NCBI GenBank assembly: GCA_018817165.1
Contig: JAHITY010000023.1
Span: 1 to 57,648, forward strand
Direction: 5' to 3'
Origin: Candidatus Omnitrophota bacterium
GTDB lineage: Bacteria; Omnitrophota; Gorgyraeia; B26-G9
Length of the DNA stretch: 57,648 bases
Shown: piece after piece, positions 41,218 to 49,503 of the stretch
Layout of the letters: every line of letters starts with the position of its first letter
Position numbering within the stretch: the first letter of the stretch is position 1
The notes under the pieces: model-generated
Told to the model about the DNA's origin: nothing
Database searches by the model: none
Seen by the model: only the letters and a program-made list of their open reading frames with translations
Made by a program: the position numbers and the translations under genes

Positions 41218-42027
41218 TCATAAAAAACGAATTGATGTAATAACATTATTAAAAATTTCACTTGATTCCGTATAAGTATTAGCACTAGAACTAAACATAA
41301 AAGAAAATAAAGCTTTTAGTCTAGGAACATACGTTATTACTCCAGTCTGGCATAATTTTATCTTTTTATCATTTGGCTTGCACGTAGATGTCATTATAAA
41401 TTTCATACTTTTGCCATTATCAACAAATATATATTCCTTTGTTAAAGTTACGTTTTCCGCATTACATCCTACCTTTAAATTAGCTGCCTCTGCTTCAGAA
41501 TAGGCCCCATATAGCTTTTCTATATTAATTTGACTTGCATCAAAAGCTCCTAAATTTAGATTAGAATATAAATCAGTTAAATCATTTTTAGCAAAATAAA
41601 CCACGTTGAAATTTGTATGAAAAATATTTAATGGATCCTTTTTGATATATTGATAAAGTACACCACCTTTTGGATCCCAATCACTAGGTCTTGAAAAAAC
41701 TATTTTATGTCTTTCATCTAAATCAATAACATAATCAGGCGGACATATCGCACCTTTAATTAGCTTATTCTGAAGCTCTTGTATCTGTTGTCGATATTCT
41801 TCAATTTTGTCACTTGTCATTTGTTTATAGATTTGGAAAATAATAGAAGTTAACATCGATGCAGTAAATACAAACGCTGCAAATGCTCCACCTAATTTCC
41901 AATTTTTTAAAGTTGCTTCAGCGGAGGAATCTAAAATTGAAAAGCAAATATACGCAATAATAATACTTACAATAAGTATGCAGAAACCAGATATTATTGC
42001 AAATGTCATTCTATTTTTACTATCCAT
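41218..42027 (-). CDS. Membrane protein with a PsbP-like C-terminal domain
   Basis: Two TMs (KLGGAFA), short coiled coil, ends FNNVITSIRF. Confidence 0.7.
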   Translation of the reverse strand: MDSKNRMTFAIISGFCILIVSIIIAYICFSILDSSAEATLKNWKLGGAFAAFVFTASMLTSIIFQIYKQMTSDKIEEYRQQIQELQNKLIKGAICPPDYVIDLDERHKIVFSRPSDWDPKGGVLYQYIKKDPLNIFHTNFNVVYFAKNDLTDLYSNLNLGAFDASQINIEKLYGAYSEAEAANLKVGCNAENVTLTKEYIFVDNGKSMKFIMTSTCKPNDKKIKLCQTGVITYVPRLKALFSFMFSSSANTYTESSEIFNNVITSIRFL

Positions 42028-42180
42028 AATTAGTTAATATCCTTTCATATTCACATAAAAAATAATATTAGATCATCCAGTTTGCTGAAAAATCCACATA
42101 ATCTCTCAGCATTTATATCCCTTTCCCCCATCCCGTAAGGGGAACTTAATGTTTTACCAAAAACAAAACCGTTAACTTTT

Positions 42181-42201
42181 CTCTAAAGCGAATTGTTATA
42201 A
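42181..42201 (-). repeat. attC left arm overlapping a stop codon
   Basis: TTATAAC-AATTCG-CTTTAG, with the gene's TAA inside R''; same spacer as the aadA attC arm TAACAATTCG. Confidence 0.6.
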
Positions 42202-42447
42202 GTGTTTATTTATTATATCAGCTATCATAAGTATCCACACAACAAAAAACATAGAAATGAAGCCTAAAAATAAAACAATAAGACTCCAAAAACCTAGTGG
42301 GTTTTTATTTTTAACGCATACGCTCGTGGAATCTTTATAATTGATTTTCCCAAATTTCAATCCCAGATAAATATTTTTTCCCAAAAATATCACAAAGTAC
42401 CAGCAAACAATAGTACCTATTATAATTCTAAGTATTGTCATTCCCAT
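42196..42447 (-). CDS. Small membrane protein
   Basis: Two TMs with a NP.GFW motif. Confidence 0.65.
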   Translation of the reverse strand: MGMTILRIIIGTIVCWYFVIFLGKNIYLGLKFGKINYKDSTSVCVKNKNPLGFWSLIVLFLGFISMFFVVWILMIADIINKHL

Positions 42448-42452
42448 TTATT

Positions 42453-43058
42453 TCACCATTCAGCATTACAATCAAAACACTTTGTTTTTCTTTTCCAGCC
42501 AAACAAAGGAACACCAAGCAACTGCCAAAAAACCATGCCTTTTTTAGAAATTTTCTCACGATATACATTTTTTGATTTGCATTCAGGACAGATTAATGTC
42601 TGCTCTGAAGGATTATCCGGCTGATCAGTTTCCTCTATCGGTTGTTTAAAATCAGATAAAATTTGCCGGGCATTACTGGAGTCAGCACTATTCACCTGCA
42701 GCCTTACCCCGCCTATTGCATTGGAATACAGCCAGTTCAGAGTTACCAGATTTTCATCCTGTATATAACATTCTATTCCCTCTGACTCCAAGCGTGTTTT
42801 AGCAATATGAGCATCAATAACATTGAGAAATTTCCCTACTGTAACCAGCTCTTGTGCTGTCTCTTCGGCTTGAGGCACAGTTTCTTCTTTAGACTCTCTT
42901 AATTCAGCTAATTTTGATTCCAGCCCCCGCTGTTTACAAAGATTAATCAGGATTTCATAAACCCCTTCCTGGTAATCATCTTCAGGCAAAAGCAGTGCTT
43001 CCAGCAAAGCCTCATCATTATAATTATCATATCTGGCAATAATTTCTTTTTTATCCAT
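42453..43058 (-). CDS. DUF2007-like signal-transducing protein with a C-terminal zinc ribbon
   Basis: AHIAKTRLESEGIECYIQDEN...GGVRLQV; CPEC...CFDC. Confidence 0.85.
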   Translation of the reverse strand: MDKKEIIARYDNYNDEALLEALLLPEDDYQEGVYEILINLCKQRGLESKLAELRESKEETVPQAEETAQELVTVGKFLNVIDAHIAKTRLESEGIECYIQDENLVTLNWLYSNAIGGVRLQVNSADSSNARQILSDFKQPIEETDQPDNPSEQTLICPECKSKNVYREKISKKGMVFWQLLGVPLFGWKRKTKCFDCNAEW

Positions 43059-43118
43059 ATCGCAACCTCACCATCCGAAACATAATATTCAACTTTAAAC
43101 TATTTAGCATAGCTACCC

Positions 43119-43176
43119 CGTTTCTTCATCGAACACCTCCTTCGGGTATTGTGTCCGTCAAGTCCGGGCTAGCTCA
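43119..43176 (-). mobile_element. Second IS3-family left-end remnant
   Basis: Same IR and ATGAAGAAACG as 38237-38308, with an internal deletion; supplies the stop codon of the DUF3592 gene. Confidence 0.7.
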
Positions 43177-43999
43177 CGCTGTCCCATTTTTTTCCCTTTT
43201 CAATTGAAACATCACCTGTTTCATGCACAAGTATTTTTACAGGCGGAGTTAAATCAGACGGCACCTTGATTTCACGGGTTTTAACCTTTCCGTTTTTCAT
43301 CCATGATTTTATTGTGATAGTATCTCCCAACTTCATACCTTCTGCTTCAAACCACTTATTATCAGGCGACGGCAGCGATCCATCTTCAAGTTCGAATTCA
43401 ACAGAGTCTAGCAGTTCACCATTCACGCCGTATTCAATCCCAGTCGTCGCATCATCGACATCAATAATAATTATCGGGGAAGGTATTTTATTATCTTCTG
43501 TTTGTTGTGCGAAGTCAGGGCTTGCCCCCCTAGACTCCTTGCTAAAAATCGCGATAACAACAAACTCCGATCCAAATAAAGCGAAAACCAGCCCAAATAA
43601 AGGAAAAAACCATATCGAACCATCTACTCCCGGCTCTAAAACAGCTTCGTATGGATCTTCGCTATTATAATATACCGTTACTTCTTTGCCTTCTGGATAT
43701 TTATTAACGTATCTGCTAGCAGCTGAAGAATCGCTTGAATTTGCTTGCACAAATTTGATTTTATTCCCATTAATTTTAGTATAGTTGACAGTGTATTCAT
43801 AAAGAACTTCCGCACTATAAGTTGATCCTGAATCACTATCTTGATGCGTTTCTATTTTTGATGATATTACTGTCCCCTCTACTTGCAGCCAACCTTCACT
43901 TTCTCGTGCTTTATTTACTGTTTTAAGTCCAAAAATCATTATTATAATTCCGACGATAACGAAAATTGATGAAAACGCAATTGCCCCAAATTTTTTCAT
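43169..43999 (-). CDS. DUF3592 domain membrane protein
   Basis: W..V.G.V.SS...Y.Y.V...YP.G..V.VYYN..DP..AVLE. Confidence 0.85.
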   Translation of the reverse strand: MKKFGAIAFSSIFVIVGIIIMIFGLKTVNKARESEGWLQVEGTVISSKIETHQDSDSGSTYSAEVLYEYTVNYTKINGNKIKFVQANSSDSSAASRYVNKYPEGKEVTVYYNSEDPYEAVLEPGVDGSIWFFPLFGLVFALFGSEFVVIAIFSKESRGASPDFAQQTEDNKIPSPIIIIDVDDATTGIEYGVNGELLDSVEFELEDGSLPSPDNKWFEAEGMKLGDTITIKSWMKNGKVKTREIKVPSDLTPPVKILVHETGDVSIEKGKKWDSVS

Positions 44000-44106
44000 T
44001 TTCTCCCCTTTCAATATTTTCTATTACTATTATTCACTAAAATTTTTCAATAGTTCAGACCTGCCCCCATTGTTTTTGTTTCCCAATAAAAGTATTATCT
44101 CACTAC

Positions 44107-44349
44107 CTAATTTTTTTGTTTAAATATCTTTCTTCGAATAATAATAAATGTAAATAAAACAATAATGGGTAATAACAATGCAACATAATTTAGCATTGTC
44201 AGAGGTATAACCACCAGGGGATTATGCCACCAAACTTTTTCGGGAAACCATTGCCAGCTTGAGATTGCTACTCCTACTGAAAAGCCAAAAAGAGACCCAA
44301 TTATTAACAATCCATATTTATCATAATTTTGTATAGAATTTTCATTCAT
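44107..44349 (-). CDS. Small membrane protein
   Basis: Two TMs; flanked by spacer modules. Confidence 0.55.
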   Translation of the reverse strand: MNENSIQNYDKYGLLIIGSLFGFSVGVAISSWQWFPEKVWWHNPLVVIPLTMLNYVALLLPIIVLFTFIIIRRKIFKQKN

Positions 44350-44380
44350 TGTTTATTTTTCCATTATCCTTTTAAATTTC

Positions 44381-44452
44381 CGCTAACTTCCCCCTTAGCA
44401 TTTTTGCGGGGCTTTTCCCGCCGATTTATGGCTGGGAAGCAAATTTTATGAT
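44381..44452 (-). repeat. Degenerate full-length attC-like site
   Basis: CATAA-AATTTG-CTT...GCGGG/CCCGC stem...GCTAAG-GGGGAA-GTTAGCG. Confidence 0.55.
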
Positions 44453-44472
44453 TTACCAACAATACAACCATT

Positions 44473-44853
44473 TTACATGTGTTCCAATTTTTTATGAACA
44501 TATAGAAATATCAATAAGAAGCCAAAATCTAAAAACGCAAAAACAACCCAGATTAAAGGAATTACTCCAAAAGCCAAATGATAAAATACCACTGAACAAT
44601 AAGATATTTTTAACAAAATCCCATAAAGCAATAAATTCTTATTGGCTATCGGATCTCTGGCAATATTCATAAACAGAACCGCAAACGCTATCAATAACAA
44701 TGCCGGAAATTGAACATAACCTAAATGATTCGGAGGAGTAATATTAAACGTCTTACAAATCTGCAGCGGAACAATTAGAAATAAAACACCTAGAATCCCA
44801 TCATACAAAGCGGCAAATATAAAAAAAGGTTTTAGCCATTTAGGAATCTCCAT
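44473..44853 (-). CDS. Membrane protein (radical SAM operon)
   Basis: Four TMs, IARDP; overlaps the radical SAM gene end. Confidence 0.75.
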   Translation of the reverse strand: MEIPKWLKPFFIFAALYDGILGVLFLIVPLQICKTFNITPPNHLGYVQFPALLLIAFAVLFMNIARDPIANKNLLLYGILLKISYCSVVFYHLAFGVIPLIWVVFAFLDFGFLLIFLYVHKKLEHM

Positions 44854-46183
44854 TTTTCACTCTCCTTTTTTCGCGGATATTATTGCGTAAATTATTTTTA
44901 AAATTATCCCTGCGCCAAGCAGTAAATTCCTTACTGTATAACTTAACTCCCAAATTTCTAAAACCAGATGTTAATTCATCGGCAGTCATATTATTTGGCT
45001 TAAAGTTCAAATCAAACAAAGTACATTTCCGCCATTCTTTATCCTCAATTATTCTGTTCTCTTTTTTCAAACGCGCATACAAAGGAGTACCGGGAAAGGC
45101 AGTCATAATTGTTATCTGCACTTCATATAATCCTGATTCTTTTACAAAATCAAAAATTTGATCAAATATTTCCGGACCATGACCATCTAAGCCTATAACA
45201 AAACAGCCGTTCACAGTTATCCCATGTGATTGGATTATTTTTATCGCATCCTTATATTTACTTAATCTTTTAAATTTCCAATCCGATCGGGTTTCAAGCC
45301 CTTTTAACCCTGTTAATACTGGGCTTTCAAATCCAATCAAAACCTGAGCGCAACCACTTTCCCGCATAAGGTCCAATAACTCCTCATCCTCACTAACCGA
45401 AAGATCTGTTTCTGTAAACCACTTAATATTCTTATCCTTTAATTTCACAAGCAGTTCTTTCCAATAAGCTTTGTCTACAATACTATTATCATCCGCAAAT
45501 TCAATAAAGGGATATTTCCAGATATCGAGTATTTTGTCAATCTCCTTAATAACCTTATATATCGGCTTTTGCTTATATTTACTGGTTAAAATAACAGAGC
45601 TGGCACAAAATTCGCATTTATGCGGACAACCTCTGCTGGTTTGCACAGTAAGCCGATTATATTTAGAAATATCCAACAGTTCAAAAGCAGGCATTGGCGC
45701 ATCAGCTAAATCAAATGAACCAGTCAAAGATCCATAATTTTGCTTAAGCTCCCCTTTTTCACAGTCTTTAAGCACCTGATTCCAGACCAGCTCTCCTTCC
45801 CCAATAATCACAGAGTCACAATACTTGATTGCCTCTTCAGGCAGACAGCTCACATGCGGACCGCCAATAACAACTGGAATCCCTTTTTCCTTATACCTAG
45901 CGCCAAGCTCATACGCTTCATCTATTTGAGCGCTATAGCTTGAAATAGCCACTAAATCAAAACCATTCGGAATCTCATCGATCTCTTTTAAATTAGGGAT
46001 TTCAATATACTCTATTTTATGTTCTTTAGGAGTCATTCCCGCAAGCGTTAACAATCCAAGACTAGGTAAAGAGGCGATTGTTTTACTTCTTTCCACAAAA
46101 CCAGGTAAGGTTAAACCCAGCCTCAAAAGCTCCTCATCACAAGCACGAATACCGCTCATTGCTAAAAGTCCGATTTTCATCAA
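44840..46183 (-). CDS. B12-binding domain radical SAM protein
   Basis: PSLGL.TLAG.TP, GGPHV, TSRGCPHKCEFC, F.DDN, PGTPLY. Confidence 0.93.
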   Translation of the reverse strand: MMKIGLLAMSGIRACDEELLRLGLTLPGFVERSKTIASLPSLGLLTLAGMTPKEHKIEYIEIPNLKEIDEIPNGFDLVAISSYSAQIDEAYELGARYKEKGIPVVIGGPHVSCLPEEAIKYCDSVIIGEGELVWNQVLKDCEKGELKQNYGSLTGSFDLADAPMPAFELLDISKYNRLTVQTSRGCPHKCEFCASSVILTSKYKQKPIYKVIKEIDKILDIWKYPFIEFADDNSIVDKAYWKELLVKLKDKNIKWFTETDLSVSEDEELLDLMRESGCAQVLIGFESPVLTGLKGLETRSDWKFKRLSKYKDAIKIIQSHGITVNGCFVIGLDGHGPEIFDQIFDFVKESGLYEVQITIMTAFPGTPLYARLKKENRIIEDKEWRKCTLFDLNFKPNNMTADELTSGFRNLGVKLYSKEFTAWRRDNFKNNLRNNIREKRRVKNGDS

Positions 46184-46581
46184 ATCTCCTTTTTAATATA
46201 ACCAAATGCCATTATAAATACAGCACAAGCAAATGATCCAGCCGGAATAAAAAATAAGTTCTCGAAAAATCTATTCCATATAGTCAAAAGACAAATCGTC
46301 GGCATAAAAACAGCAGCATTGATCATTGTATATGATCCGATTCTTTTATACTTCAAAGACAATTCTGCTGCATCAATACATAATCCATAAAGAATATTAG
46401 TCAACGATAAAGCCATAAAAGATAAATGTGCCAATCTTAAAAATCGCCTAGTTAAACCCGCATAACCACCCAGCCATTCCGATTTAAAAGCAAATAATCC
46501 TATCCACATGGCCATCAATATTCCAACAAACAACCAACTCCAACCAAATCTTATATTATTCAAACCTATCTTATTTTTCAT
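46180..46581 (-). CDS. Membrane protein (radical SAM operon)
   Basis: GW.W...GY....RR.LRL.H; ATGA overlap with the radical SAM gene. Confidence 0.75.
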   Translation of the reverse strand: MKNKIGLNNIRFGWSWLFVGILMAMWIGLFAFKSEWLGGYAGLTRRFLRLAHLSFMALSLTNILYGLCIDAAELSLKYKRIGSYTMINAAVFMPTICLLTIWNRFFENLFFIPAGSFACAVFIMAFGYIKKEI

Positions 46582-46623
46582 TTTTTCCTTTTATTTTTTA
46601 CTTCATATATTCATTTTGACTTT

Positions 46624-49503
46624 TTAATGGTCAACTGCAATTATGCAGTACTTATTTTCGTGGTCTACACACAAAAAATAAAGTTTTCTCTCTGAACTCC
46701 CAATAAATTCCTTTAACTTGTAAACAGGATTGATTGCCTTTGTCTGTACAATCTTATACCCTTGCTCTAGGTCTTCTTCCAGCCAGACAATTCCCTCAGG
46801 GCCAAAACAAAGTATTCGCCCATCCTCTTGTTCACAAATAAAATTAAGATTTTCTACATACGTGTCCTTAATATCTAAAATGTTGATACTTTTCGATTCT
46901 ATATCACTTATTATTCGATAACCTTTATAAACCCTTTGATTCCGCTCTACGATGAGTTTCCCTTCCTTATTAATGAGTACTGGTCTTCCTGAATAAGGAA
47001 CTCTCAAATATGTATCCTTGTCTATTGTCTTCCAAACTCTGTCATAATTGTTGTAAAAATAAACACATCCTGAAGTATAATCAATAAGAGGAAGACTATA
47101 AATATTTCCAGGTTCTGTTAAAGTGCCAGTTACCCAAGCTTCGGATGGACTGGATAAACGTTCCAGTTTAATACCGCTTTCATCAGGAACAGCCAAAAAG
47201 ATATCCTGTATACAATTTTTATTAGCTAAAATCATCATCTGTTCCGTAGAATTTATTTTTATAGGACCTAAAATAGCTGGAGAATCTACTTTTACAGGCA
47301 AATCAGATAAGTCAATCCTTTTCTGTATAAAAAGAGGTCTTGAATCTTTGTATATTTCAACCTTGTTATTATCGCAAATCCATAAAATATCCTTAAATAA
47401 ACATATATTCATATTGCTTTTATTATTTTCCTTTTTTTGAGAGGCATTATCTACATAACATTTATCTGGAGCTATGCGCAATAAAAGCTCAAAGTATTTC
47501 TGAGCAAGTTCATGAAAATCCCTACCTTTCCATAAATTTTCTTCTTGTATAACATATGAAGATTCCTCAGACAAAATACAAATAGATCCATTTTTACCTG
47601 GAATTAGCTTTGTGTTTCTCTCATCAACAAATATAGGATATTGAAAGATATTTTTTCCTTCACAACAAAATATATTTCCCTTTTTTGTGTAGCTTTCTCT
47701 ATATAATTCATTCTTGTCTAATTCTTTTTTTTCATCAGGGCTTAACCAAGTTACTTTTTTATCTATGATTTTAAAATTATCTTTCTCAAAACCGGCCATA
47801 ATTCCTGAGCTGAAAAATGAATCGCTATTTGAAATGAACCATATACGTCCCTTTGAGTCCATAACAGCTTTATTGCTTGCTGGTAACAGTTTAATAGGAG
47901 GTTGCGAATGCTCATTAAAATTACTTTTATAAACCCAAAATTGTTTATTTTGATGTTTTGAATAGTCATTGTAATAATCCTTCCTAAGGAAATATATTCG
48001 TCCGTTCTTATCGCTTCCGATGCATTGCTCCATTGATTTCATAATCAAGCTTTTATCGAGCCATACGAGCGTTCCTTCTTCTATTCGTGCCAAGCCGTTT
48101 TGTGGAAGGAAAAGTACTATTCTACCCATTTCATCTCTCATAAAACGAATATTGTACCCATAATTGCCAATAGATTTATCAAAAGAGTAAACTTCATATA
48201 AATGTCCGTCATTTTTAAGATGGAAAATTCCACCCAGAGAATTTCCTGTATCATTTTCAATATATCTCAAAAGTAAATAGACTCCAGCAGCTCCTTGGTT
48301 TTCGAGAACACGCATTCCACTTATCCATCTTCCATCAAAATATTGATATCCCTGAGAAAGAAGATCTCCAATTCTTCGAATAGAGTAAGGAGACATCAAG
48401 CCTGTTATGCTGTCTATTTCATTTATAGCTCTCTCAATTTGATCAGTGGTTTTATTCAGAGTTTCATTTAATTTTCTTGTTTTATCTTCATCGTTTATTT
48501 CATTATTAAAATAATCTTCATTCTGCATAGAATGCATAACTGAGATTAAGGAGTGCTCTAATCTTTCCAGATGTATGTATTGAGAGGGAATTTTTCTCAG
48601 CTCCTGAGATATATCTCTGAAATATTTCTTGTCATAGACTGAAACTTTTTTTAATAATGGAACTAATTTATCAATATCTTTATTTTTGGCATATTCTATA
48701 ATATTATTCAGATCCTCTTCTTTTGGTTTACTATCATATTTTTCATTTAAAAAAGCGATCTTTGAACCAATAACAATCCATCGACCATCTTGACAATGAA
48801 GCGCTACTTGCATATTACTCAATGGAAAGTTTTTGTTTTCAATCTTATTGATTGCACCTTCCTTTCCATTGATTATATAAATAATGTAATCTTTATCTAT
48901 CTTCCCCTGATTTTCTGGAAGAACAATTAAATCCTCTCCTGCAGGAATAATTGAAGAATGTCGGATAATCTCTTCAGAGATAATAGGTTCGCCTGCTTCT
49001 TTTCTTAATCCATCTGATGAGTTAAAAAACCACTGGCCACCCATATTATAAGCAGAGCTATATTTAATGCCTTTAGGTATATTAATATTTTTTGTTTTAT
49101 TATTCTTTACAATTACACCTTCTTGCATTTTTCCACCAACAATAACAAGTTCCTCTTCTTTTCCCCACCCTATGACCTCTCCATCGATCATAAGATGGAA
49201 TTGGCCATTTAATTTAAGAAAACTTTTAAGAACACGATCAAAAGAGGCCCTATAATAATTATCGCCCTTATCCATAACAAAAATCGGAACATGTTCCGGT
49301 GAAGTATAAATCCTTGCGATATTACAAGGTAGTGGAACTAATCGTTTTTCTTCATTAAGATCCTTATAAATCTGTTCTCCAATAAGGTCATGTAATTCTA
49401 ATTCGTCTATAACTCCACTTGATTCATTTTTAGCTGCTATACTTTCTAAAGATAAACAAAGCATAATTGAAAAAAAGATTGTGATAAATAATTTAAATTT
49501 CAT
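46624..49503 (-). CDS. Large exported protein, probable beta-propeller
   Basis: Signal peptide; repeated D..GRI(W/Y)F blades; 959 aa. Confidence 0.7.
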   Translation of the reverse strand: MKFKLFITIFFSIMLCLSLESIAAKNESSGVIDELELHDLIGEQIYKDLNEEKRLVPLPCNIARIYTSPEHVPIFVMDKGDNYYRASFDRVLKSFLKLNGQFHLMIDGEVIGWGKEEELVIVGGKMQEGVIVKNNKTKNINIPKGIKYSSAYNMGGQWFFNSSDGLRKEAGEPIISEEIIRHSSIIPAGEDLIVLPENQGKIDKDYIIYIINGKEGAINKIENKNFPLSNMQVALHCQDGRWIVIGSKIAFLNEKYDSKPKEEDLNNIIEYAKNKDIDKLVPLLKKVSVYDKKYFRDISQELRKIPSQYIHLERLEHSLISVMHSMQNEDYFNNEINDEDKTRKLNETLNKTTDQIERAINEIDSITGLMSPYSIRRIGDLLSQGYQYFDGRWISGMRVLENQGAAGVYLLLRYIENDTGNSLGGIFHLKNDGHLYEVYSFDKSIGNYGYNIRFMRDEMGRIVLFLPQNGLARIEEGTLVWLDKSLIMKSMEQCIGSDKNGRIYFLRKDYYNDYSKHQNKQFWVYKSNFNEHSQPPIKLLPASNKAVMDSKGRIWFISNSDSFFSSGIMAGFEKDNFKIIDKKVTWLSPDEKKELDKNELYRESYTKKGNIFCCEGKNIFQYPIFVDERNTKLIPGKNGSICILSEESSYVIQEENLWKGRDFHELAQKYFELLLRIAPDKCYVDNASQKKENNKSNMNICLFKDILWICDNNKVEIYKDSRPLFIQKRIDLSDLPVKVDSPAILGPIKINSTEQMMILANKNCIQDIFLAVPDESGIKLERLSSPSEAWVTGTLTEPGNIYSLPLIDYTSGCVYFYNNYDRVWKTIDKDTYLRVPYSGRPVLINKEGKLIVERNQRVYKGYRIISDIESKSINILDIKDTYVENLNFICEQEDGRILCFGPEGIVWLEEDLEQGYKIVQTKAINPVYKLKEFIGSSERKLYFLCVDHENKYCIIAVDH

